A DNA stretch of 64,000 bases from Octopus bimaculoides (lineage: Eukaryota), in NCBI RefSeq assembly GCF_001194135.2, contig NC_068982.1, positions 125,313,924 through 125,377,923 on the forward strand, given 5' to 3'. Each line of letters begins with the position of its first letter. Position 1 is the first letter of the stretch. Both the position numbers and the translations under genes were made by a program. Below are positions 51,544 to 64,000 of the stretch, piece after piece. The notes under the pieces are model-generated. The model made no database searches. It saw nothing but the letters and a program-made list of their open reading frames with translations, and was not told where the DNA came from.

Positions 51544-52201
51544 NNNNNNNNNNNNNNNNNNNNNNNNNNNNNNNNNNNNNNNNNNNNNNNNNNNNNNNNN
51601 NNNNNNNNNNNNNNNNNNNNNNNNNNNNNNNNNNNNNNNNNNNNNNNNNNNNNNNNNNNNNNNNNNNNNNNNNNNNNNNNNNNNNNNNNNNNNNNNNNNN
51701 NNNNNNNNNNNNNNNNNNNNNNNNNNNNNNNNNNNNNNNNNNNNNNNNNNNNNNNNNNNNNNNNNNNNNNNNNNNNNNNNNNNNNNNNNNNNNNNNNNNN
51801 NNNNNNNNNNNNNNNNNNNNNNNNNNNNNNNNNNNNNNNNNNNNNNNNNNNNNNNNNNNNNNNNNNNNNNNNNNNNNNNNNNNNNNNNNNNNNNNNNNNN
51901 NNNNNNNNNNNNNNNNNNNNNNNNNNNNNNNNNNNNNNNNNNNNNNNNNNNNNNNNNNNNNNNNNNNNNNNNNNNNNNNNNNNNNNNNNNNNNNNNNNNN
52001 NNNNNNNNNNNNNNNNNNNNNNNNNNNNNNNNNNNNNNNNNNNNNNNNNNNNNNNNNNNNNNNNNNNNNNNNNNNNNNNNNNNNNNNNNNNNNNNNNNNN
52101 NNNNNNNNNNNNNNNNNNNNNNNNNNNNNNNNNNNNNNNNNNNNNNNNNNNNNNNNNNNNNNNNNNNNNNNNNNNNNNNNNNNNNNNNNNNNNNNNNNNN
52201 N

Positions 52202-52238
<37 letters not shown>

Positions 52239-52239
52239 T

Positions 52240-52567
52240 GCAGGAGTGACCGTGTGGTAAGCAGTTTGCTTTCCAACCACATGGTTCCTGGTTCAGTCCC
52301 ACTGCGTGGCCCCCTGTGAATGGGTTTGGTAGACGGAAACTGAAAGAAGCCCGTTGTATATGTGTGTGTGAGTCTGTGTTTGTTCACCCATCACCGGTGT
52401 TGGTGTGTTTACGTTCCGGTAACTTAGTGGTTCAGCAAAGAGACCGGTAGAATAAGTACTAGGCTTTAAAAATAAGTCCTGGGGTCGATCTGTTTCACTA
52501 AAACTCTTCAAAGAGGTTCACCAGCAGGGCTGGGGTCAAATGATTGAAACAAGTAAAAGAATAAAAG

Positions 52568-52570
<3 letters not shown>
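52240..52570 (+). mobile_element. SINE family B copy with internal deletion
   Basis: Head gcaggagtgaccgtgtggtaag and a 3' module ending tgaaacaagtaaaagaataaaag. Confidence 0.8.
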
Positions 52571-52605
<35 letters not shown>

Positions 52606-52777
52606 CAGGGTCAAAACCCCTACCTAGAAAGAATAAAAGTTCCAGAAGCATCGATGACAATTCAGAAGAAAGAAAAACTGGGAGAGGAAACAGAGAAGAC
52701 AGTCCAAAGCCGAGAATAGTAAAGAAGAGACATCAATGGCATCTGCACCAGGAGGAGCGAAGGACTTACGAAAGACA

Positions 52778-53194
52778 TACCAAGAGCAAGGTCAAGGTTG
52801 TCCTTGGTGGTTGCAGTTGGGGGTCTCCCTGGTCTTGGATCATCTTCCACACTCTTCCTGCCACGCTTGAATTCACTTACCCAGCGTTTGACTGTTGCAT
52901 ATGAAGGAGTATTGTCTGTTAAGGTTCTCACTATCTCTTCATGGATTTCTGATGGAGTCATGCCTTTCAAATGAAGGTACTTTATGACAGCACGATACTC
53001 AGTTTTCTCCATTTTCCTTGTAAACTCGAAGCTTCTTTATTCAAGAATCTGCAACAACAACAAAAATTAAAATATCAGAATCATGAAAATGAGCAAGAAT
53101 ACCCCGAAAAGATTGTACTTACCAGAAAAAATTGTTTCAACTATATAGCAGCCCTGATTCTAGGTTAGGCTCAAAACTTTTCAGACACCTCTCG
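52778..53194 (-). mobile_element. Mariner (Tc1/mariner) transposon, 5' fragment
   Basis: MEKTEYRAVIKYLHLKGMTPSEIHEE...PSYATVKRWVSEFKRGRKSVEDDPRPGRP is a mariner HTH N-terminus. It has a TIR-like end TA|CGAGAGGTGTCTGAAAAGTTTTGAGCC at about 53167-53196; the catalytic domain is absent. Confidence 0.9.
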
Positions 53195-54547
53195 TAAGTA
53201 TTATTTGCAATAGTTGTCGTTCCAGCCTGGCACGATTTTATCCTCAGATATGCAGATTATGTCAAAGTTTAATGACAAAACACGAACTGCCGTCTTCTCG
53301 GCTGATTGTTCTTGTAACCTTTGGCTATAAGGTAAGTTTTTTTGGGGTTTTTAAAGATGTTTTCGAAGAGGAATACTTTCCGTGATGTCAAGCACAGGAA
53401 CTCTAATGATATCTATCGACGTATATACTTGTTTTTATCGCTTTAACCTTTAAAATCTAGAGATTTTTTATCTGCTCAAATTTTAATAACAAAAATGTTG
53501 ACCTCTTTTTCCCGACCCACTTTAAAAACTCAAATCACCAAACACACACCACAAATGGCAGACACGGTTAAAACATGTTGCTCCAATGACATTTGACTTT
53601 TGAGGAAATTTGTTATTTTAGAGATCTCAAATGAGGAAAAAAACATCATTTTATCGGTCAATTGTCAAATTACGATTTACCCGATTATCTCTCTCACTCT
53701 CTCCCTTTCTCTCTCTTCCTCTCTCTTCCTCTCTCTTCCTCCCCCCCTCTCTCTCTCTTTTCCTCCATGTACTCCTTTTCTCTTATTCTGTATTCTTTTT
53801 CTTGCATCGCATCATTTTCTCTTTTAGAAGTTGACAAATAATCAACATCTCTTTAAAATGTATCCAACATATAATTTCGGATGTTTTAACCTTCTAAAAG
53901 CATGGAACTTTTACATAAAAAAGAGTTTCCGCCACTCAGTGTTACTACAGTGCATATCATTATACAGTCTGCAGTTTATGTTTTAGCAACGAGCTACAGC
54001 TGACATCAGAAAACTATGGCATGTCAGGGAATAGCTTTATTAAGAAATGAATGGTGAATGAACCGAAAGAATGCTAATAACTATTGACACAAAGAGCAAT
54101 CAATGCATAGCTTTAGATATATAAAGAAGACTAGGAAATGCGAATTATTGCTGTGGTGAAGGGAGCAAGAAGGAAAGTAAAAAATAAGAAAGACAGGAAA
54201 TGAGTCGGGCTTCAGAATAGGACATAATGACTTCTGATTATTCATTGATAATATTTGAATAGTAGAGTATAGTAGTTGGAATTATTAATTACCATAGTAC
54301 TGCGCTTAGAGCTAATCTACATTACATTACTTCATTATAGTAGTATTTCATCTTAGAAACTTAAAATAACACTAATAATAATGTTTCTTTCATTTACTGA
54401 TCACAAAAATCCATGCCTAACAACAACGTTTTTACTAGAAACAGAATGTACGACGATGTTCAAATATATTTATATGAAAAGGAGGAATAACATTAAAAAC
54501 GCTGTACAATATATGTAAGGACATTAAAAGTTTCAAATACATGGAAT

Positions 54548-54615
<68 letters not shown>

Positions 54616-54834
54616 GACGGACTTCTTTCAGTTTTCGGCTACCAAACTTACTCACACGACTTTGGTCAGCTCGAGGTTATAGTAGAAGACACTTGCCGAA
54701 GGTGCCACGCAGTGGCACTGAACCCAGAACCATGTGGTTGGGAAGCAAGCTTCTTACACACACACATATATATATATATGTACCTGCATACACGCATACA
54801 GACACGTGCATTCATGCATACATACATACATACA

Positions 54835-54865
<31 letters not shown>

Positions 54866-54896
54866 CATACATACATTACATACATACATACATACA

Positions 54897-54927
<31 letters not shown>

Positions 54928-55224
54928 CGTACGTACAAATATGTACATGTGTCTCTGTAAATGATGCCTCTCGAATGTCAGACTAGCTATAAATAAAGAC
55001 TCGTAATACACGAAGTTAAAAGCCCTTTGGACAGAGAAAAACAAAAAACAAAATGTAGAGAGCCATCTGCAGGACTCAAGTAACGAATTTATTCTAACCT
55101 CTGTATTTTGCTTGAATCCTATTTTTGCAATTGTCATTTGATTTTGTTGTGTTTTGTCTTTTTTCTATGTCATGTAAGTGTCCATATTTGCTAGTTTTGT
55201 TACTATGTTTTAATCTATATTCTT

Positions 55225-55430
55225 TTATTCTTTTATTTGTTTCAGTCATTTGACTGCGGCCATGCTGGAGCGTCGACTTTAGTTGAAAAAATCGACGACA
55301 TGATTTATTCTTTTTGTAAGCCTAGTACTTATTCTTTTGGTGTCTTTTGCCGAACCGCTAAGTGACGGGGACGCAAACACACCAACATCGGTTGTCAAGC
55401 GATGGTGGGATCAAACACAGACACACAAAC

Positions 55431-55463
<33 letters not shown>

Positions 55464-55630
55464 TGCGACGGGCTTCTTTCAGTTTCCGTCTACCAAATCC
55501 ACTCACAAGGCTTTCGTCGGCCCGAGGCTAAAGTAGAAGACACTTGCCGAAGGTGCCACGCAGTGGCACTGAACCCAGAACCATGTGGTTGGTAATCAAG
55601 CTTCTCACAACACAGCCACTCCTGCGCCTA
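55225..55630 (-). mobile_element. SINE family B, full length
   Basis: Reverse complement of the 30030-30420 element. Confidence 0.83.
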
Positions 55631-55649
55631 TATCAATATCTTAATAATA

Positions 55650-56075
55650 GTGATGGTTTCAAATTTTGGCACAAGGCCCACAGTTTGGAGGAGGGGAGCT
55701 AAGTCGATTAAATCGATCTCAATACTCATTATATCGACCCGGAAGGATGAAAAGCAAATTCGACAGCGGAATTTGAACTCAGAACGTACAGACGGACGGA
55801 ATGCCGTTAAACATTCTGCTCGGCGTGTTAACTATTCTACCCGCTCACTACCTTTATAATAATCCTTTCTACTATAGGCACACGGCCTGAAATTTGGGGG
55901 AAGGACTAGTCGATTACATTGACTACAGTACATAACTGGTACTTATTTTATCGATCCCGAAGGAGGAAAAGTAAAGTCGACCTCGGCGAAATTTAAACAC
56001 AGAACGTAAAGACGGACGAAATGCCGCTAAGCATTTGCCCAGCGCGGTAACGATTTTACTAGGCCGCCGCCTTTA
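55650..56075 (-). mobile_element. Two tandem SINE family A copies
   Basis: Same tandem arrangement as 20520-20960. Confidence 0.8.
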
Positions 56076-56109
56076 TAATGATAATAATCTTTTCTTTATT
56101 AACCGCTGA

Positions 56110-59100
56110 AGGTTCATGTAAAACGACTGGGAACTGTACAGGACAGTACAATACAAATAGAGTGCGATTGAAACTTGTAAATAAAGAATAACAAAGAAAC
56201 TTCTAACAAGTAAAACCCCACAAAAGAAGAAGACTTCCAAGGGCTGCTGGTGAAAAAACCCACAAAAACTCCAACTGCCCTAAGCTGTAGGGCAAGTGCC
56301 CTCTCCACTTCATCTACCATCGGGCCATTCACGCTACATTTACCTACCTTTTAACAAGATTACTGGGAGGTAGCTCTCTCCTTCCTTTTCAAGTGGAAGC
56401 TGAAAAACTTTAGCAGCATTATGGGCCTGAAATTTTCGATTTGATCCCAGCTTGTTTGGGCTCTTTCTTTCTAGTGGCAGCGCTCCTCGACTTACAGAAC
56501 TAGGAATTCTCCTGTTCTGTTGCCAATTGCAGTCTTCAGCCCTTTCAGCCTGGTTCACCACACAACCTCTTTCGCTAAGGCCACCGGACAAAGAAACATT
56601 GTCTTTCCTTCACGGCCAAAGGAAGGCAGCGGAGCGATCTTCACAATGGACTCTGATAGTCCGATTCGTCTTTCATGCGACAGCAGGTGTTCGACTGAAA
56701 CCCACAAGTAAGCAATGCTCGGGCAGTGCTCGGTCGTGCAGAGCACTTTCCCCGCTCTACACGCATCTCGGGAAATCCCGGCTGACAGTACTTCCATGCT
56801 TGTAGAGTTTATTCTCGTCGACGCCCAGAATCTCCCCAAGATCATCATCGCACTTTACCGCCACTAACCCTCTACAGAACGCCAGAGTGGAACTTCCGCC
56901 GACCGCATTACCCGACCGACAGAGGATTGCGAGCGCCTGATGATACTCTAGGTGCCATCATCGTATCCTGTATTTCTACGACTGTTATCAGCATTTTACA
57001 ACGCTCTACCCACCTTGCTGAGAATCGTGGCATGCTGTCGAGGTAGGCATTGAAATCTATCCTGCGTTCCGGACCGCCATTCGTACCAAACAGTCAGATG
57101 AAGTGCCACTGAAATGCCGCTCGGGCCCGAGTCCGATGCGCCCATTTTGGTTCACCAAAGACCGAATTGTGACTTTGTTGTCACGTTGCGCTCTGCCACT
57201 CCGATCCATCGAGCGGCTTTCGTTTCTTCTTGTCCTAGAGTATGCATCTTAGCTCTGACAATGCAACCTTCGTGTTTAGCGTTCAAGAATTGGTTCACGG
57301 CCAATCAATCCTACGGCCTGCACGTCGGTTGCAATGCCTTTCTTAAATGCCTCTTCAAAGGTTCTAAGTGACCTATTTTATTTATTTCTATCACTAATGC
57401 CTTACTAAACCTGACTGATTCTACTCTAATTGCCTTTTTCAGAGCAAACCACCATTTGTTGTTGACGATTGCCTCTTCAACGTCCGCTTAACTAACTCTC
57501 TAATCCGGTCTCTCTAAGCTTGGCACGTTGGGTTTGGCTTTGGGCTTGGCGCGTTCAGTTTCCAGTAACCGGGTCCCTGCCTTCTAAGCCTATCTGGATC
57601 GACCATACAGATCATAAATTTCTGGTCTGTGTAGCCGATGAGTTTGAAAAGTGGGCAACTTATACTATCCTTATCTGCTGGCCTACAAAATACCCTATCT
57701 AGAAACGACCTGGATGACCCGATGCAGTTCGTCCATATCCACATTGGCACATTCAGTCCGTACCTGTTAGACACTTAGAAATGTCTGAGCAGGTTTATGA
57801 GGCTCTCCCCACCCCTCTTCTATCTCCTTGCTTGACACAGTCCAAACGTGTCTTTAAGACGGCGTTCCAATCGCCCACTAACATTAAAGGTCGAGACGAC
57901 CCTAGGAAAATCTCCTGACGTCTGAAGAAATCCAGTTGCCCTGTTCTTGTCGGAGCATAAACAATCACCAGTTTGAGGGCATCCCCGTCACTACTGTTCA
58001 CATCCAGGATCTCCAACTTACCTTCTGAGTCCAGGAAGGTAGTCCTTATCTTGAGATCCAGACATCTCCGGAACAACACCGTAGTTCCACCCGCACCCCA
58101 CACCTCACACCCCTTCCCGGTTGACATGGTATTTATTACTGTGTAGTTAATGATATGGAAACCATAGATGCTCTTGAGTTCTTTGTTCTGTATGTTGCTG
58201 GTGCTTCCCTTCTTGTTGTTCTTGTTGTTGCTGATGCTACTACTGTCGGTGCTGCTGTAATTGCTGTTGCTGATACTGTTGTTTTTGGTGCTGTTGCCGT
58301 TGCTGTGGTGATGATGGTGTCGGAAAAATTGGTGGTCTTCCTTCTCTCTTTTGTTGTAGGCAAAAGGCTTTCAGCTGGTTCGTGTTCCCACACAGATAAC
58401 ACCTCCGCCTTTTACCCTCAACAATCACGTGGAGGTTGGTGTTTTCTGGTCGATTTATGACGTCTGGGATTGCTTCTAAATTTTCGTAATCCATTTACAG
58501 CTACAACTCCAAACCATACCCCAACCAGTTTTGTTTTGGGAGTTTCCACACCTGTAGGATGTTTGTTTTGTCCTCTATATCCAGGAGAAGAGCTTCCACC
58601 AACCAGCAGATGTTTATTTCTGGTGGTATATCAGGATTTATACTTTCGCTACCCAACAACCCGGTTATATGGGTACAAGAAGCAGATCTTAATTTTTTAG
58701 GATCAAAGTGCTTCCTTGCCTACTCCTCCGTGGTAAATCTCACCTCCACAGTGCCATATCACTTTCTCTTGCAACGTAGGCTTTTTTGTCCTACACTGGA
58801 CGTAGACACTTTTCAGTTTGTTACTGTGTCGGTTGTTTCAAATACGACTTTTGTTTTATATGTTATTGTTTTTCTCAGTGCACCCTGTACAGTGGCTTCG
58901 GGGATGTTGAAAGTTACTCATCTTCCATTTTTAAAAAATATGGTTTTTGCATCGTTTAAATCCTCAGAGCAGTGCCAATCACCTAGATGCGTTGTATATC
59001 CGACAGCATGATAGGGATACCCTCTACGTATGCTGACGCGGCTCTTCTGCATCCTAGCTAATATACATATGATACTTTTTGCCATTTGCAATGTTTACTT

Positions 59101-59330
59101 TTGAGGACATATCGACCATCTTCATTCTTATTTCTCTCCAGCCAAGGTAGATTAGCATGAAGGCCAGTTCGTCCCTCTTTAGGGTTTTGTGGAATACTTC
59201 CTGGCCTCATTCTCAGCTTTATGGTGTCAATTTTTACCCCTTAGCGACCAACATTTTGGTACCCCAGATGTAATTTTCTTTTTGCAGGTACCCCTGAGGT
59301 AATTTTCTTTTTGCAGGTACCCCTGAGGTA
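56110..59330 (-). mobile_element. L1/Tx1-like LINE, degenerate (ORF1 zinc knuckle, APE endonuclease, RT remnant)
   Basis: VIVEGKRRRCYLCGNTNQLKAFC is a CCHC-like knuckle; LVIVYAPT...LMLVGDWNAVL and DQKF...GPGYWKLN are APE motifs; a decayed RT region follows. Confidence 0.82.
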
Positions 59331-59337
59331 ATTTTCT
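59258..59337 (+). repeat. 29-bp tandem repeat, ~2.8 copies
   Basis: Unit ggtacccctgaggtaattttctttttgca starts at 59258, 59287 and 59316. Confidence 0.9.
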
Positions 59338-59929
59338 ATTTGCATGCTATATTTTCTGGCTTTCCAATCTTATACATTTCGTAAACGATCGTTTTATTAT
59401 TGTTTTTTTTGTTTTGTTTTTTTCTTGCTGGATGGATCCTGGGTTATTCTCGAAGTCCAAGGAGGTTTTTAGCTTTTTTTAAAAACCGGGTGTATAACGC
59501 CATACGACGTTAGTGAAACTGCCATCGATCGATTTGTTAATAGTAGTATTCTCAATTTTTGGTTGTGTTGGTGTTAATAGTGGTTGTGATGTCGGAGATG
59601 GTAGTAATTGTGATGTTGGAATTTGCAGCTGTGTTGAAGTGGCAATTTAATTTCTCGTCCTCTTGTTTTTCATTTTTCTTGTTGTTGTTTTCATTTTCAT
59701 TCTCGTTGTTATTCTTGTTTCGGGCGATATTGGGGGTGGTGATGATGGGGATTATGGTGGTGATACTCTTTCAAGTTATAATCTCTCTTTTCTGTGTTTC
59801 TGTCAAATAATTCGAAGTGATGCTTTATTAAAAATTTTGATAATAATATACTATGTCTAGTTAGGCTTATGTTATAATGCACGCACACACACACACACAC
59901 ACACGCATGAAAGCCTTTAAAATTGGAAA

Positions 59930-61310
59930 TTACAGACGATCCAAATATTATCTTTAGTAAAGCAGCATTCGTTGACATATACAACAATGTTCTCTTAACA
60001 AGTGTGCCGCCTAGTGAATGGAGGTCATCAGTCATATGAAAGGTGATCTGTGACAGATGTCCAACTATCGCAAACTTCTTTGATATACTTCTCTTAAACG
60101 GTATACGTGCAAAGATAACTATATAAGTGTCTACTAGAGTGGCTTTAGAAAGAACTGTAGTTGCATTGAACAAATTCACACGTCGAAGAGGTTACTGGAG
60201 ACCTGCGTTGAGTGGTGTCTCCCAAGAGCCGCACTGTTCAGAGACTTTCGAAAACTATTCGACAGCATCAACAGAACCACTATGCTTACGATTCTTAAAT
60301 GGATAGGGATGTCATCGAAGATAACATTGGCAGCTAGATATCTTTACGAACACCAAACAGCATATGTTCTTATTAGTGGAAAACATTCTTCTGGTTTCAC
60401 ACTTCAGAGTGGAATTCTGCAAGGTGATAATACCTTAACACCTTATCTATTTTTGGTGGTTATGGGTCATGTAATGAAAGTTGCAACCCATACGGAGGAT
60501 AGAATCTACATACCAGAATCACATAAGTTGGTCTATCTTTCATTTGCAGATGATATTGTTCTCTTTGCTCCTAACCCCATAGAAGCAGAGGACTACCTTG
60601 CTAGTGTCTTGCAAGAAGCCAAGACTGTGGAGCTAGAAACAAACGAATCTAAGACAGAATACATCACCATTAATATAAACACTGACAAAACAACAGGCGT
60701 CCTGGCAAATGGAAAGCAGCTATCCAGAGTTGATAAATTCACTTACCTAGGATCGATTGTAACTGATCTCTCTCACAACTCAAACTGTGACATCATAGAC
60801 AGTAGGAGAGCGGCATGTGAAGCAATGTCGCAGCTTCAACACCTCTGGTCATCTGACATCAACACAACAACGAAGATAAAGATGGACAAAACTTTCGACT
60901 TTTACATATGGATGAGAGACATGGGTAACAAAAACAAACCGGCAAAGGGCCATGGTGAACACTTTTACACAAGAAACCTGAGGAAAATATATCAGATATC
61001 TTATAGCGACCACGTTTCCAAAGATACATTGTACCAAATGGCTGACGAGATGTAAATGAGCACAGGGATAAAGGAACGCCGGCTGAAATAGATTGGTCAC
61101 CAACTGCAACACCCACCCAATGAATGCTATCAACAGTGTCTGCTGCTTAACACCCTACAAAGTGGAAAGAGCGAGAGGAAACAACCAAGAACGACTTACC
61201 ACCGTATGATTCGTGCAGACTGCAAGATGTTCTCACTCAATGAAATAATTCTAGCAGCTGAAGATGGAAATGAGTGGAAAGTTTTATAAACTATATCTGC
61301 CAATGACTGA
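59930..61310 (+). mobile_element. RTE-like LINE, RT and 3' end, degenerate
   Basis: FDSINR, GILQGDNTLTPYLF, LSFADDIVL, VDKFTYLGS motifs and a short gactgact tail. Confidence 0.88.
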
Positions 61311-63102
61311 CTATACCCGTTTTCTTCCTATTATTCATTTGTTGAAGTTCGAATAATAAATATTGATTGATTGATATATATGGCAATTAAAATTAGTAGT
61401 TTTCTTGAAAGCTAAAGAATAAAGGGCACATCCTCTCTAATGAGGTGACAATTATCTCTTGACCGTATCTCTGAGTAGATTTCCAGTTATATTTTATTTT
61501 ACTAAAGACAATTTTTGGATGTTTTCATATCGCCTGTAATTTCCACTTTCAAAGGCTTTCAAATAAATAAATGAACATGTTTTTTCTCGTTATACATGTT
61601 TCAGGTATATTGGAAAGATGCTCCTAAGTGTAAAAGAATTTCTCCCCACATATTCATCCCTCAAAGTAGAAAGTGTTTCTAATCTGGACTGAATGTTGGA
61701 AAATACTTTTTAACACTCACTGGCTTCAAGACTATCAGAAGACATCAGGAAAAAAGTTGAGTTCCACAGCGCAGCACTTTGAGCAAGTGTCAGCACCGGC
61801 GAAACAGTTAGGAAACCCGTCGTATATGTGTGTGTGTGTGTTTGTGTTTGTCACCCACCACCGCTTGATAATCGGAACTGGTTTGTTTACGTCTCCATAT
61901 AAAGCGTTTCCGCAAAGTGACAGATAGACTTTCAAAAACTAAGTATTGGAGTTGATTTGTTTGAATGAACACTTCAAGCAATCAATGTCTGAAACAAGTA
62001 AAAGAACACACACACACACACACACACATACACGTATATAGGCCTGAAATTATAGCAGGAGATACTTGCCCAAATTTCACGCAGTGGGACTGAACCCGAA
62101 ACCAGATGGTTGCCAAGCAAGCTTCTTAACATAGCCATCCTTGCAGCCATCTTAACACAGCCATCCTTGCAGGGCCAGGACCTAAAACGTGATGCATCGT
62201 TAGAGGTCGATAAGATTCCAGGACATCACGTGATAATATCGACTCCTTTCTTGTCTGTATTATTATTGATGGAGTTTATTTGTTATCAAACACTGCTGTT
62301 TGGTTAAAATAGCAAAAAATTATTAGAATATTTTGTTTAAAAAAAAATTGTATTTCATCTTTCAAAGTCTAGAAGAAGTCATAAAAAGAAGCATGAAATA
62401 ACTTGTAAAATAGTAACATCTTGGAATTGGTTCAGAAAAGAGATTAGAAAATGTAATTGTAGATGTGGAGGCGTTAATAGTTTTATCTTAACAGTCAATC
62501 AGTAGAAGAGTCAAATCTGTTAGTACAGAAACACACCCAGAATGATCCCAAGAAAGCAAAACACATGACAGAGAGCTGTACTAAATACTTCAAAGCAACC
62601 AACTCGTTTTATCTTACTTTGTATCAAATATCGCCGTTTATTAGATAATTCATTCTTTCTATTATATGCACATAGCTTGAATATGGGACAGATGAGCTAG
62701 TCGGTTACATCGCCACAAACGCACAACTGGCACGTATTTTATCGACCTCGAAAACATGAAAGGCAAGGTTGACCTGGGTGGCATTTGAATTAAGAACATA
62801 CAGAGCTGAAAGAAATGCTGAGCGCTTACGATTCTGATAGCTCACTGCCTTTAAGATAATAAAAGGAATAATAATTTCTTATTCTGAAATTGTTCAATGG
62901 GAAGAGCTACTCGTAGTTAACTATAATACTCCATTATAGCTATATATTTTATCCACTACTTAAGTTGCTTCTAGGGGGATAAAGACTTTAAAACACTGGA
63001 CCAGCTACTATAAAACATCTAGTCTGACTATCAGCTAACTATACTGACTCCATTATCAATTGAAATAAACAACAGCGATGTTTTGACCCTCGTAGAACTT
63101 CA

Positions 63103-63340
63103 AGGCGGCGAGCTGGCAGAAACATTAGCACGCCGGGCGAAATGCTTAGCGGTATTTCGTTTGCCGTTACGTTCTGAGTTCAAATTCCGCCGAAGTCGAC
63201 TTTGCCTTTCATCCTTTCGGGGTCGATAAATTAAGTACCAGTTACGCACTGGGGTCGATATAATCGACTTAATCCCTTTGTCTGTCCTTGTTTGTCCCCT
63301 CTATGCTTAGCCCCTTGTGAGCAATAAAGAAATAAGAAAC
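63103..63340 (+). mobile_element. SINE family A, full length
   Basis: ggcggcgagctggcaga head, B-box-like gttctgagttcaaattcc, core cctttcatcctttcggggtcgataaattaagtaccag and an A-rich tail. Confidence 0.88.
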
Positions 63341-64000
63341 TTCAAGAACTACNNNNNNNNNNNNNNNNNNNNNNNNNNNNNNNNNNNNNNNNNNNNNNNN
63401 NNNNNNNNNNNNNNNNNNNNNNNNNNNNNNNNNNNNNNNNNNNNNNNNNNNNNNNNNNNNNNNNNNNNNNNNNNNNNNNNNNNNNNNNNNNNNNNNNNNN
63501 NNNNNNNNNNNNNNNNNNNNNNNNNNNNNNNNNNNNNNNNNNNNNNNNNNNNNNNNNNNNNNNNNNNNNNNNNNNNNNNNNNNNNNNNNNNNNNNNNNNN
63601 CTTCGCCTGAGAGAAACAGTGAGGAATGAATTTAGTCTTTGCTTGCAGAAGGGTTCCACTTTTCGTTCTCGTATCAATCGTAACCACCTCGAGCTGGTTT
63701 CAGCTGTTGTGCTCCTTAGTGGCTTTTCTTCAGCTCTTTGAATTTCAGAAAAATTCAGTAGGAGGGTTAGTCGATTTAATCGACCCCAGTGTTTGACTAG
63801 TACTTTATTTTATCACGTCAAGAGAAATGGAAAGCATAGCTGATGTCGATGGAATTTGAATTCAGTACGTAAAAGCCGTAATTAAATTCGGCAAGACATT
63901 TTGCCCGATGCTTCAACGGTTCTGCCAATGCATTGCTTTTTCTAAAATTCAATAAGATATAATGAAAGATGTTAATCATGGTGGGATATAAAATGTCCAT

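Noticed and set aside
1372-55595. Many ORF-track entries made of CV/HT/YI/ER repeats, X runs, or SINE-derived peptides (e.g. MVANPAVLFH, LQLDALPNANH)
   Set aside because: They are translations of microsatellites, assembly gaps or multi-copy SINEs, not genes.

Overview
Repeat-rich eukaryotic DNA with N-gaps (about 6109-6266, 12380-13336, 32105-32412, 41336-41792, 50561-50610, 51544-52201, 63353-63600). The SINE, microsatellite and LINE content points to an octopus (coleoid cephalopod) genome; this is an inference. One protein-coding gene is clearly supported: a minus-strand innexin (gap-junction protein) with a 349-nt exon at 26659-27007 and a 909-nt terminal coding exon at 23146-24054, joined by a canonical phase-0 intron. 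The 349-nt exon starts one base before an in-frame codon (G|ATT GGC TCA ATA CTT GGT GGG TTT ATG...), so it can accept a phase-2 upstream coding exon. The upstream ~16 kb holds several tiny ATG-to-donor segments that would each splice in frame and give a different N-terminus: MFELFV, MGSDEE, MCGGV, MLKLIR and MLEIG. This possible variable-first-exon innexin is the main lead, but it is unproven without transcripts. The rest is transposon-derived or simple repeat: decayed CR1-like, L1/Tx1-like and RTE-like LINEs, a solo LTR nested in a LINE, a candidate LTR followed by a tRNA-Trp-complementary segment, a mariner fragment, TTAA-flanked MITEs, several tRNA-derived SINE families, palindromes and microsatellites. 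All repeat family names come from recalled motifs, not database searches, and most repeat boundaries are approximate.
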